From an uncultured Candidatus Poseidoniales archaeon (GTDB lineage: Archaea > Thermoplasmatota > Poseidoniia > Poseidoniales > Poseidoniaceae): a DNA stretch of 64,000 bases. The notes beneath the pieces were generated by a model. That model did not search any database and was not told the origin of the DNA. It was given only the letters and a program-made list of their open reading frames with translations. The DNA is taken from NCBI GenBank assembly GCA_964526385.1, contig CAZGJD010000003.1, positions 55,225 to 119,224 on the forward strand, given 5' to 3'. The position numbers and the translations under genes are program-made. Position 1 is the stretch's first letter. The number at the start of each line of letters is the position of its first letter. Positions 11,301 through 18,820 of the stretch are shown here, one piece after another.

Positions 11301-14300
11301 ATATCTAATTTCGTGGTCTCTGGTAATCAAATCACCTGGAGCTCCTTCGTAATCTTGAACAGAATAGACCGCATTGTTAGATAGGTCAGCGAACATTGTG
11401 TGGAGTGTGTCTGGATCCAATGATGAGGTTAACAATTGAGTGATTAGAGCGATTTTTGAATTTGTTCGGTGGATACCGGTACTTACAGAGTTAAATTCCT
11501 CGATTAGGTCTGAGGTATACCAATAATCTCCAACGATGTAGTGAGATGCTTCCATCTTCGTGTCAGCAGGTGACCTTACATTATTGTTGAATACAGATTC
11601 AGCATTAGCGAAATTCAAGTACGCGTCTCCCACACAGATGTCTACTTGCCCTTCATCAGGTATACACGGAATAATTTCTCCATCTTCGTAGACTTTGTAG
11701 ATCATTGGCCCATTGGTGTCAACAATTCCATCGACGATGTTGTAGCCTTGAGCAAGAACGACATCTCCATTGGTGTGGGTTACTTCGAATAGTCTTTCAA
11801 TGACATCATCTGACTCAAGATTTGTTTGAATCTTCACGAATTCAGCTACCTGCTCATCTGAGAGGTATTTACCGATTGTTTGAACAAACGATTTCGTGTG
11901 AACTCTGTTATCGTCACTTCCCACGTTGTAGATCATGTCTGCTTCTGACAATCTCCAGATGAACATCGAAACGAGGTCATCTTGGTTTCTTGACAAAAGC
12001 ATGTTACCTGCCGCAGGAATACCAGACTGGAAGTTGTCTGCTACTGATGGGTGGTCTCCAGTTTCAAGAGCTTGGAAACCATAATCCCACCACGATACGA
12101 ATGCAGGCTTATCGGAGTACTTCATCAAACACATATTTTCTGATGAGTCCCAATTTCCTGAGACATCATCACAAGCAGATTCCGATGTTACTCCAACGTG
12201 ATATACGTCCTGATTGGCTAACCATTCATAAGCCAAATTCCAACCTCTATCGTTGAATCCCGAACCAAACGAGCCTAGATACCATCTCGAATTGTCATCG
12301 TATGTTGAATCATCGAGTATTGAAAAACCAAAATCGTTCCACCTTAGGATGTCTGGAACTATGTTGTAAATTGTTTCATCCATGTTTGACTCATGAACTG
12401 TTGACGACGGCATTGCAGCGTCTAATCCATAACTTGCATGCTGAGAGAAAATAAGCATCAATACAAGACCAATTGCACTGAATTGTGGAGTTCTCCAAAC
12501 TGCTTTTCTTGCGTTGGTGATTCTCTCTCCAGGGGTTCTGATGCCCATTCTTCTCCATTTCTTTGCCATTTCACCGGCACCGCTTGCTCTCCAGAGTCCC
12601 GTGATACCCCACGCACCCATAACAGCCATTGCAGGTGCAGCGTTGAAGAGGAATCTTCCAGCTGACCAAGCCATGTATGATGCGATGAGAACCCACATAC
12701 CCAAAATTAGGTGAGGCTGATTTTTCTTTACTACTCCGTCCCACAAAGCAATGAATCCCATTACAATTGCAATAACGAAGACGATTGGTCCGAATGAAGC
12801 GAATAACTGGCCTCTACTCGGGGCACTCGCTTCCGCAATTGTTCCGAAAATCTTGTTCTTAGTAAAGTAACCTGAACCAGTGGTAAGCACTTCCCATGCG
12901 TTGGACATATCTGCTAATTGCAGTAAGTAAAGTACCAAACCAAAGACGAAACCACCAGTGAATAGAGAACCAAGGACCAGTAGCCATGGCTTGTCTCTAA
13001 ATCCAGTTGTAATCCAAGCTATCGCTAGTGTGAAAACAGCTATGAATAATAGCGGTTGTAATCCTGTTGAATTCCAAACCAGATCCAGCTGTGGGTGAGC
13101 ATAGAACGGGATTATCATGACGAAGATTGTTCCCAGCAATAGTAAATTGATTGTAGAGATTGTGGTGCTATCCTTCTTTCTCAACATGTTCATTGCAACC
13201 TGAACTACGTATGCAAGGAAGATAATTGCAGGTCCGTATACGAATCCTTTCCAACCCAATGCTACGATACCAAAACAGACACCTGCGGCTATGGCGTTCA
13301 TGGATGCAGTTCTCTTCTCCTTCATTACAACGCCAAGTGCGTTGTATATTCCGGAAGGCCAAGCATTTGTTGTTCGAGATAGTCTTTCATCTCCACCGTG
13401 TTTAATGGCACGCAGATAAAACATGAATGCTGCAGTCAAGAACAGCAAAACAAACGAATCGTGGTCAGCCATAGCCCAAGTTGATTTTTGAACGTGGGTC
13501 GGCATGAATGCAATTAACCAAGCCGCAATAACGCCAGCACCTTTACCGAAGTGGTCTTTTGCGATACCAGCCATTGGGAACACAATTAATGCACCGAAAA
13601 TTGCCGGTAGAGCAAGCATTGAATACCAAACAGCCTCGTCAGAGGACAAACCTAGGTTGGTCAATAGCATTGCAGCCATTGCCATAGACCATGAGAATAG
13701 AGGTGGTCTTGGATTGATACCTCCAACTGGATAGTTTCTGTCAGCATCCCATATCAAGTGTGCATTTTCTGCAATTACGTAGTCTACTACTCTCTTCATG
13801 TACCATGGGTCAGAACCTCCAGTTAAGTCCCATGATTCCAAACCGGAAGAATTCATTGAGGGCACGAGATACCACTGAATTCTGATTGCTAAGCCCGTGA
13901 TGAAAGCCATGAAAACCATGATTCCTGCCCAGTGATTGGACCAGAATACCTTAGCCTGACTTGGTTCGTGCGACTCACGATTTTTCCATCCACCGTATTG
14001 CTCGTGGGTTGCAAACCAATAGATCAAAACGCCGATGAAGAAGGTTATTCCAAACCAAATCCATACGGCCCAGGTTCCTTCAAGTCTGTCGCTTTCCCAG
14101 TGACTCGATTCATACAATGATGAAACGATGTATAGTAACCACATCGAACCTATAAACAAGGTCCTTGTGTACCATTTTTCAGCAGCCATCCAAGCACAGA
14201 CCAATGCTACAACACCAGTAAGTGCAGCAGGCCAGAATCCAATATATCCGTGATAATTGTCCAAGCCTGAGATTCCAAGAATATTTAGATCACCCAGTGT

Positions 14301-15029
14301 ACCGAAATAGTACAAAGTCAGAATGTGGGTTAAAGCCCATACTCCAAGTGCAATTTGCAGAGGAAGAGTAGCTTTGTTCCATTTTCCATCAAATGATTTG
14401 ATGTAGCCAAACCATCCTACATCGGTCGCAGGTGTTAGTACTCCTCGCAGTAGAACTGCAGCAAGTAATCCGAGTACTGTGAATATACTCCATGTACTGA
14501 AGAAGACATACCCCACAGCCTCTTGCCATGCTCCATTTCTTACATACTCTTCACCTTCGATTACCAACAAATTGGTTTGTGTATCCGCAAAGTTTGCTGC
14601 TGAAACAACAGCAGTCCACAGTCCGACCATGCTGAATACAAGGACGGTATTCCACTCATGTCTGCCACTGTTATCAAGAAGATATCCACCAAACATAGTC
14701 ACCAAGAAAATCGTGGCCACAAAGTTGGAATCTGCAACGCTTGCAACAACATTGGAGAGTATCAATGAAACAATCAATACAGCGAGGGAAACAGATGCTG
14801 TAGGGAATGTTATGATTTTTTTCTCACGCAGGTAGCGTGGTGTCATTGCCAATATTGCGCCTAAGGCAATCATAGCAAATGGTGTCATTTCATTCATATC
14901 CAGAACTAAACCAAAATCTAGTCCATAATCCGCTAACAGAGCCAACAAAATCGCTATGGGGGCTAATAGCCAACCAAGCATAGGTTCTGGGGCTCCAATT
15001 TTACTGTCGTTTTCTGTCGACATATTCAT
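5370..15029 (-). CDS. aglB: giant 3,219-aa membrane protein: extra N-terminal polytopic domain, then an AglB/STT3 oligosaccharyltransferase core, then ~2,100 aa of tandem carboxypeptidase-regulatory-like/Ig-like modules, then a C-terminal TM anchor
   Basis: Translation shows the STT3 EL1 signature DPWYMKR...IWDADRNYPVGG after a TM helix (about aa 420-455) and the catalytic FVSWWDYGFQ...VADNFQ motif (about aa 978, nt ~12081-12095). More than 20 predicted TM helices lie in the first ~1000 aa. The C-terminal two thirds carry repeats such as DEEGNFSYGPIAAGEYQWRV, TDENGSFAKYVPGGFWYVEV, SDFNGNYSMRLPENMVFHV. The chain ends in the TM helix VVIFMLTILALYGGYKVARKGSSSRF. Confidence 0.8.
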   Translation of the reverse strand: MNMSTENDSKIGAPEPMLGWLLAPIAILLALLADYGLDFGLVLDMNEMTPFAMIALGAILAMTPRYLREKKIITFPTASVSLAVLIVSLILSNVVASVADSNFVATIFLVTMFGGYLLDNSGRHEWNTVLVFSMVGLWTAVVSAANFADTQTNLLVIEGEEYVRNGAWQEAVGYVFFSTWSIFTVLGLLAAVLLRGVLTPATDVGWFGYIKSFDGKWNKATLPLQIALGVWALTHILTLYYFGTLGDLNILGISGLDNYHGYIGFWPAALTGVVALVCAWMAAEKWYTRTLFIGSMWLLYIVSSLYESSHWESDRLEGTWAVWIWFGITFFIGVLIYWFATHEQYGGWKNRESHEPSQAKVFWSNHWAGIMVFMAFITGLAIRIQWYLVPSMNSSGLESWDLTGGSDPWYMKRVVDYVIAENAHLIWDADRNYPVGGINPRPPLFSWSMAMAAMLLTNLGLSSDEAVWYSMLALPAIFGALIVFPMAGIAKDHFGKGAGVIAAWLIAFMPTHVQKSTWAMADHDSFVLLFLTAAFMFYLRAIKHGGDERLSRTTNAWPSGIYNALGVVMKEKRTASMNAIAAGVCFGIVALGWKGFVYGPAIIFLAYVVQVAMNMLRKKDSTTISTINLLLLGTIFVMIIPFYAHPQLDLVWNSTGLQPLLFIAVFTLAIAWITTGFRDKPWLLVLGSLFTGGFVFGLVLYLLQLADMSNAWEVLTTGSGYFTKNKIFGTIAEASAPSRGQLFASFGPIVFVIAIVMGFIALWDGVVKKNQPHLILGMWVLIASYMAWSAGRFLFNAAPAMAVMGAWGITGLWRASGAGEMAKKWRRMGIRTPGERITNARKAVWRTPQFSAIGLVLMLIFSQHASYGLDAAMPSSTVHESNMDETIYNIVPDILRWNDFGFSILDDSTYDDNSRWYLGSFGSGFNDRGWNLAYEWLANQDVYHVGVTSESACDDVSGNWDSSENMCLMKYSDKPAFVSWWDYGFQALETGDHPSVADNFQSGIPAAGNMLLSRNQDDLVSMFIWRLSEADMIYNVGSDDNRVHTKSFVQTIGKYLSDEQVAEFVKIQTNLESDDVIERLFEVTHTNGDVVLAQGYNIVDGIVDTNGPMIYKVYEDGEIIPCIPDEGQVDICVGDAYLNFANAESVFNNNVRSPADTKMEASHYIVGDYWYTSDLIEEFNSVSTGIHRTNSKIALITQLLTSSLDPDTLHTMFADLSNNAVYSVQDYEGAPGDLITRDHEIRYLAVDTKLYPRGGSYNSEYSGGNPTGIFAPVSILSGQDFSTFMDEVYMTSRGQFNDEMTREEFDEEMTKDILNQQAGQDFDPLQLVDVRVDHKPAFFDTMLARTYVGYGSPNLGFATTEQPGQHWGQSGTPNSILTNALPMPGAMMNHLVIANWYNAEDPNDGLGSSNTLVKVMKYYAGAEICGQVTMSDNGLPLSDVRILLERDAFSGEDETDLDSDTYWIPIGNTDTDENGNWCFIAPAGKIRASAYAGEFDDAVAKDSFQANEYSSGLGDLTVDVNEDRETNAITALLGKVSNMTWMGEITYNITGQQADRLASFDETFDIAVDSSGISGTVTWTGNESFEGQALDGIDFILKNIWSMTSNYTLSTSSGSFTTEDGDSRIIQGSGEVLFTNNGSFDTQGNPAIVRGFTGNFTRIVDDGRSYTASATFSGAGTIVATSVDYEHTIPSCEYSNESSSPELPRFNETVENETVTSTHVICLTEEADTYYFMGEINATGRMTAEGPVTVVKYLDGETFEGTGLFEGIGTANGTGLFIGEGTFSGDMVAPGSFYKTGILPGTYNMIAIMPNGKEVLLPDPVEVGLTPTNNLEMVLPGSIFADTLLTQSTDTGAPEPLPNQTIELLDLDIDEDVPIAEIITDEEGNFSYGPIAAGEYQWRVDVDGDGWYEMLMNFTVGQDSENISLAAFIPLKQDVTINLLAGDSGLDLSNRTLTFTNTESTDLLPIIETAVSDENGIVTVELFTGSWIVSDENDEEYVLWNEFDLESEDMEFDLTYSVSVWINATLYSVRAEGETLLDNGETLENLTNVYLDDPSNATIEPASNVKIEARSGSIVIDTISDFNGNYSMRLPENMVFHVTADRFSGSSTYAGGILVENAPDLESGNIYLLNTGNVEGTVYIRESLTNGSGAVWSNEIPGSQSIEIIATNDDGLEWRSQLDNSGMFTFNLNKGNWTYTVSNELMNVEPVVKNNSGYEMEPVDLIANPDNVSVTFRIFLDTTDGTWENGSAIMPAFDIVTMSGIGINATVTPDDYDLVTGEVTLELSVGQYTIELSPTLPTDENATDYYLQSDFIPNLNLGLGPSGEPLSVPIIPEYLVTGNVTTESGMALSNSTVWLRNEAGDDFHPLNTDENGSFAKYVPGGFWYVEVADFTADDSGETEIFRGVLDLNGAERDIVWQTQTAMPVTMQLQEMFTGVNVTATRITAVSNEGLGNVSLGPSDNFGNISEVLMPGDWTLHLNRTETLEQWILEEGVYLSDNLENGIWNVGVVEVNKHVLIGGKIFWDLNDDDLPSPGEGVENATVNVTAERGWEWTLQTDADGVWSVFVPIRDDYDVQAEKPGFDSATYTNETSSTYAYVVNDTHESRDLELTAGLVSVSGNVTDSVPTAMRLEGATVTLYPASGIVRDPVVITNLVYENDILSWSDDIMPGNWIVYVEGTDTDDNGGGIAVGLLEASVQEGASLDLEMRKGGRLTLTSSWTDIENTVLTAGDVGEDVFVTISLGDEVEWDIAFDTNGELNIILPSCEGSQSCVDLESEFETIQHDLQLTMPYSSGIVVDIDQDTAIDKEMQFTKKVDSDLTVSIESVNSGATYSVDDLGDLTATETDSNGYEVIELTLNLIYNGTEIEDVFSTSGSLDLTQDSEFWSVEFKDKDGNWVDSINVTMGIGQNNSDENQVLTNQVDVRITLPLQNQSITYDDGHTVKMRFTAEGGLSEETVVVRVPQIYNISLEDAPESIGIADGGTVLVTLRVDNLGNGDDTVSVTSSIPQVCVDAGWDVTPKLSNLTIAANNDRSQSFTVFAPTNSTLDDCNVAFEATSEGDFEVQTASTEVVIAVADLTILTESIEPRNADAFANQDGIFRVPIENTGFLSTGDVIVYLEASQEGTDYPTQQTTIRIAAQDVEWAEFSYSDLPPGTAHLRVRLDVIDTPLDSTVEPVDFSRKFSNVADGEESPWITVVIFMLTILALYGGYKVARKGSSSRF

Positions 15030-15166
15030 TTCCCTCTGTTTTTTTGTCCAGCCTTATGGCTGTAGCGTTGTGGCGACCAAAGGGCCCTTTTTATGCGTTC
15101 CCTACGGGTATTTCCACTGCAACCTGTAGGCCTTAATTTAAAACGTGTTACTGCGAGGTTGTTTTC

Positions 15167-16426
15167 TCAATTTTTATTTAGGGCCCTGTGACCGATATCT
15201 CGCCGATAATGTGAGCCGGATAACTCAATTTGCTCGATTAAAGAATAGGCCATGTTTGCTGCTTCTTGTAAATTTGAGCCAATTCCTGTACAGGAAAGAA
15301 CTCTTCCCCCGTTGGAAACCAATACACCACTCTCGTATTTTGTACCTGCATGGTTGACCCAACCTCTATCTGAATTCTTAGGAAGATTTCCAATTATTCT
15401 CCCTTTTTCAACCGAACCTGGATAATTTTCAGCCGCAAGAACAACAGTCATTGCATGATTGTTAGAAAATTGGACATTTAATTCCGACAAGGAATCTGTT
15501 GAAGCCGCTTTAAACATCTCACCCAAATCTGAATCAATCAGTGGTAGTGTTATTTGGCATTCAGGGTCTCCAAATCTTACGTTGAATTCTACGACATAGG
15601 GGTCTCCGTGAGAATCTATCATCAATCCACAGTAAAGTACGCCTCTGTAAGGAACTCTTTGTTTTGAAAGATAAGAGTGCATTGGTTTAACAACTCTTTC
15701 AACCGTTTTCATATGCACTTCTTCAGTGTATATTGGTGCCGGAGCGTAAGCTCCCATTCCTCCAGTATTACGACCTTTATCGCCTTCGAACTCTCTTTTG
15801 TGGTCTTGACTAGCGGGAAGGCAAACAAATCCACTCCTATCCATAACAACCAGCATACTTGCTTCCTCACCTGGCAAGAAATCCTCTAACAGAACTTGCC
15901 CGTCAGAATCAATTGATTGTTCAATAAATTCCTTTGCTTCATTTCGATTTTCAGTTACAACTACACCTTTACCTCCGGCGAGTACGTCTCTTTTGATGAC
16001 CCAAGGGTTTGACGAAAACTCATCAAGAGCACTTTCAATATCAGAATCCCTCTCGAGTACGTGGAATTTTGCAGTTGGGACCCCGTTCAATTCCATCACT
16101 TGCTTTGCGTGTAATTTGCTACCTTCCAATCTTGCTAAATTGGCAACTGGACCAAAACAAGGAATATCCATTTTTGCGAGCAGATCGGCTAAACCCTCAC
16201 ACAAAGGCGCCTCCGGACCAGCGATTACAAAATCAACATCTAACTGAAAGGCAAGATGTATTAGGTCTGAAACCTCTGAAAAATTATGGTTTGTCGCAAT
16301 GTCTGCCGTACCAGCATTTCCTGGAGCGCAATGAATCTCAGATACTGATTCACTTGCAGAAAGACCGAGACAAATGGCGTGTTCTCTGCCTCCGCCACCC
16401 ACCACTAATACCGACAATCCTGACAT
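15167..16426 (-). CDS. purD: phosphoribosylamine--glycine ligase (GAR synthetase)
   Basis: N-terminal MSGLSVLVVGGGGREHAICLGL is the classic PurD P-loop and the ATP-grasp body follows (about 420 aa). The track start at 16483 is an upstream alternative codon that would overlap the divergent neighbour, so the start was moved to the ATG giving MSGLSV. Confidence 0.9.
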   Translation of the reverse strand: MSGLSVLVVGGGGREHAICLGLSASESVSEIHCAPGNAGTADIATNHNFSEVSDLIHLAFQLDVDFVIAGPEAPLCEGLADLLAKMDIPCFGPVANLARLEGSKLHAKQVMELNGVPTAKFHVLERDSDIESALDEFSSNPWVIKRDVLAGGKGVVVTENRNEAKEFIEQSIDSDGQVLLEDFLPGEEASMLVVMDRSGFVCLPASQDHKREFEGDKGRNTGGMGAYAPAPIYTEEVHMKTVERVVKPMHSYLSKQRVPYRGVLYCGLMIDSHGDPYVVEFNVRFGDPECQITLPLIDSDLGEMFKAASTDSLSELNVQFSNNHAMTVVLAAENYPGSVEKGRIIGNLPKNSDRGWVNHAGTKYESGVLVSNGGRVLSCTGIGSNLQEAANMAYSLIEQIELSGSHYRRDIGHRALNKN

Positions 16427-16512
16427 ATCGCTTCCATCTATACGAGGCAAATAAGTCCATCTGAACGAATTTGTTCCATTCAATTCAAAGGCTTAGTTGT
16501 GCCCAAGCAATC

Positions 16513-17121
16513 ATGGGCGACTTCAATACCTTCGAGATGATGTTATTCACATTGTGGATTTATCTCCCAGGATTTTTGGTTAACACCTTTGCAATGATGT
16601 GGGGCAAGTGGCTGCCAAAAACTGGATATGGACCATGGCCAATAGATGGTGGTAAATTTCACAAAGATGGAAATCGTATTTTAGGAGACGGAAAAACTTG
16701 GAACGGACTTGTTGGTGGGTCATTAACCAGCGGATTGCTTTGTGTCTTGATGGTAAGCATACCAGAAAATTGGATATTCATTTCACCCGTTAATGGTTCA
16801 ACTGGCTGGGCTGCTAATGCATTTTTGCTGGGAACCTTCTTAGGATTTACAAGCCTAATCGGCGACTCAACTGGATCTTATTTAAAAAGGAGAAGAGGAA
16901 TGAAAAGAGAAGGGGATGTGTCGAGCAAAGCACCGTTATTAGATACTCTTCCTTTTGCAGTTTCAGTATTCATATTCGGTCAGATATTCTTAACCGAATC
17001 TGCTCACGGTAGTAGGGAATTAATCGTACCAATGATTCTACTGGTCGTAATCACTCCATTATTGCATAGGTCATTCAATCTGATTGGATACAAAATCGGC
17101 TGGAAAGATGTGCCTTACTGA
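16513..17121 (+). CDS. carS: candidate CDP-archaeol synthase (CarS, DUF46 family) membrane protein
   Basis: About 200 aa with 5 predicted TM helices and the motif GPWPIDGGKFHKDGNRILGDGKTWNGLVGG, which matches my recollection of the DUF46/CarS PIDGG...DGRRILGDGKTW signature. The track start at 16471 is TTG; the first ATG (MGDFNTF) is at 16513. Confidence 0.55.
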   Translation: MGDFNTFEMMLFTLWIYLPGFLVNTFAMMWGKWLPKTGYGPWPIDGGKFHKDGNRILGDGKTWNGLVGGSLTSGLLCVLMVSIPENWIFISPVNGSTGWAANAFLLGTFLGFTSLIGDSTGSYLKRRRGMKREGDVSSKAPLLDTLPFAVSVFIFGQIFLTESAHGSRELIVPMILLVVITPLLHRSFNLIGYKIGWKDVPY

Positions 17122-17166
17122 ACTTAACAGCGTTTCATTCATTTGCTATGAGTAAATCCCGTAACC

Positions 17167-18819
17167 ATGCGAAGAGCAGTTCTAATGTCTATATTGATAT
17201 TATTTAGCCTGAATTCGGTTTCTGCGACCGAATATGATTCTAATCAGAATCTAAGTACAAATGGTAACCTTTCAGGCAATCACACAGTAACAAACGAGGC
17301 TACTCTTGAAATTAGTGGGGATTATAATATTGAAGATGGGTCTAATTTTGTTGTCGAAGAGGGCTCAACAATGATAATTAGTGGAGAGATGAGTGCTAAC
17401 GCTCCACCTCAGTTGAATATTGACCCGCAGACAGAAATGGTTGTGCCAATCGGAAACTTAGGCTCTGAGGGAATTATGAGAATTATCTTCGCTGAGGAGG
17501 TATATTACAACATCACAATCGAAATCAATAACGATTCATATGAATGGAAAGGTGAGACTTTCAATTATACAATGGATATGGATGTTGATAATGTAGTAGT
17601 TAATTTCACGCACACTGGGTTTTGGTTGATTGCCATATCCGAAATCCAATTATCACCATCTGGAAGTACTCCAGAGATTAGAACACCAGATGTACTAACT
17701 GGGAACGGCACTTCTTACGTTATTCCTGACCGAAATAAAGCTTGGACAATTGACGTACACGGAGATTTAGAAGTTACAGGTAGCATCTATGGCGCAGAAA
17801 TAAATTGTTTTGGCAATTGTACATTTACAAATGCAGATTTAACGAGTACTGGTCCAATCAATGCATACGGTTCGTTGATTATTACCGACTCATCCCTTTC
17901 AGGAGGAATTTCTGACGAAGACATCATTGTCTGGGATGATGCAGAAATTTCGTGGGAGAATAGTATCGGCACAGGCGGGACAACTGACAATTGGATAAGA
18001 TTACTCAGCAGTAGAACAATTGGAGTTCAAAATAGCCATGTCTCTTTCAGAGGGTATGGATTAGGCTATGATGGGGTTAACTCTTCTCAGATAACTGATA
18101 ACTCCACAGGTGATTTCGAAAAATATGGAGACCATGTGATTGATATCGGTTACAATGAGCGAGTAAGAATCATCGAATGGCAGGATGGAAATGGCGACAT
18201 TCACCAAGAAAGTGCTACTGGTGAATTAGTTCTATCCACCCCTTGGGGGATTTACACAAAAACAATTGATGATTTGCCACGTGTTAACCACTTTGATTTG
18301 GACATAGATCTCCCATTGTTAAGTTTTGACAGCCTTGTTGAATCCGATGATGAAAACAGTGTCAATAGCAGGTTAGGAGTCATGGCTACTGTTTCAAATC
18401 AAGGTGATGTATCGGCTACTTTCCTCGTTGACTGCTTCTCTAATGGTGTTGAAGCTAATGTTGGAGTAAATGTTCCTTACACAGTTGATGCTGGTGACAC
18501 TATTGAAATCCCCTTGAATTGGGACTCAGCCGTAGAAGGAGAGTTAACTCTCGAGTGCAGTATATTTGTTCCATATCAGCTATACTCAATCGAAGTATTG
18601 GACTCATCAGCAAGTTCTGCAAGCAGTGGCGTTGTTACTTGGGAAGAAGCCGACGAAGATAGTTCAAGCATGATTATGCCTCTAGCAATGGGCATTGTTT
18701 TAGCCGTAGTGTGCTATGTGGGATTCATGATATATTCTCGAGCGAAAAATGAAATTGACTTCGAAACTGACTCAGATGATGTATCTGAATCTGATGATGA
18801 TGTGGGAACTATTGAATGA
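17167..18819 (+). CDS. secreted surface protein of unknown function with a C-terminal TM anchor and acidic tail
   Basis: Signal peptide MRRAVLMSILILFSLNSVSA. Threonine/asparagine-rich body with many sequons. C-terminal TM MIMPLAMGIVLAVVCYVGFMIY followed by SRAKNE and a D/E-rich tail. Confidence 0.5.
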   Translation: MRRAVLMSILILFSLNSVSATEYDSNQNLSTNGNLSGNHTVTNEATLEISGDYNIEDGSNFVVEEGSTMIISGEMSANAPPQLNIDPQTEMVVPIGNLGSEGIMRIIFAEEVYYNITIEINNDSYEWKGETFNYTMDMDVDNVVVNFTHTGFWLIAISEIQLSPSGSTPEIRTPDVLTGNGTSYVIPDRNKAWTIDVHGDLEVTGSIYGAEINCFGNCTFTNADLTSTGPINAYGSLIITDSSLSGGISDEDIIVWDDAEISWENSIGTGGTTDNWIRLLSSRTIGVQNSHVSFRGYGLGYDGVNSSQITDNSTGDFEKYGDHVIDIGYNERVRIIEWQDGNGDIHQESATGELVLSTPWGIYTKTIDDLPRVNHFDLDIDLPLLSFDSLVESDDENSVNSRLGVMATVSNQGDVSATFLVDCFSNGVEANVGVNVPYTVDAGDTIEIPLNWDSAVEGELTLECSIFVPYQLYSIEVLDSSASSASSGVVTWEEADEDSSSMIMPLAMGIVLAVVCYVGFMIYSRAKNEIDFETDSDDVSESDDDVGTIE

Positions 18820-18820
18820 A

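Noticed and set aside
5431-14835. Numerous 60-170-aa plus-strand ORFs (e.g. 7597-8115, 8455-8775, 8887-9369, 10414-10776, 14479-14835)
   Set aside because: All are embedded antisense in the 9.7-kb AglB-fusion CDS, with S/P/T-rich low-complexity products and no start-site context. They are artefacts of a long gene on the opposite strand.
15079-15090. Perfect 12-nt palindrome AAAGGGCCCTTT between purD and the AglB-fusion gene
   Set aside because: It has no spacer and is too short to make a stable terminator hairpin. It is not followed by a T-run on the transcribed (minus) strand. This is a single occurrence, so chance or a restriction-like site is the simpler explanation.
16009-16464. 151-aa plus-strand ORF
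   Set aside because: It overlaps purD antisense, and the purD frame is strongly supported by the GGGGREHA P-loop.
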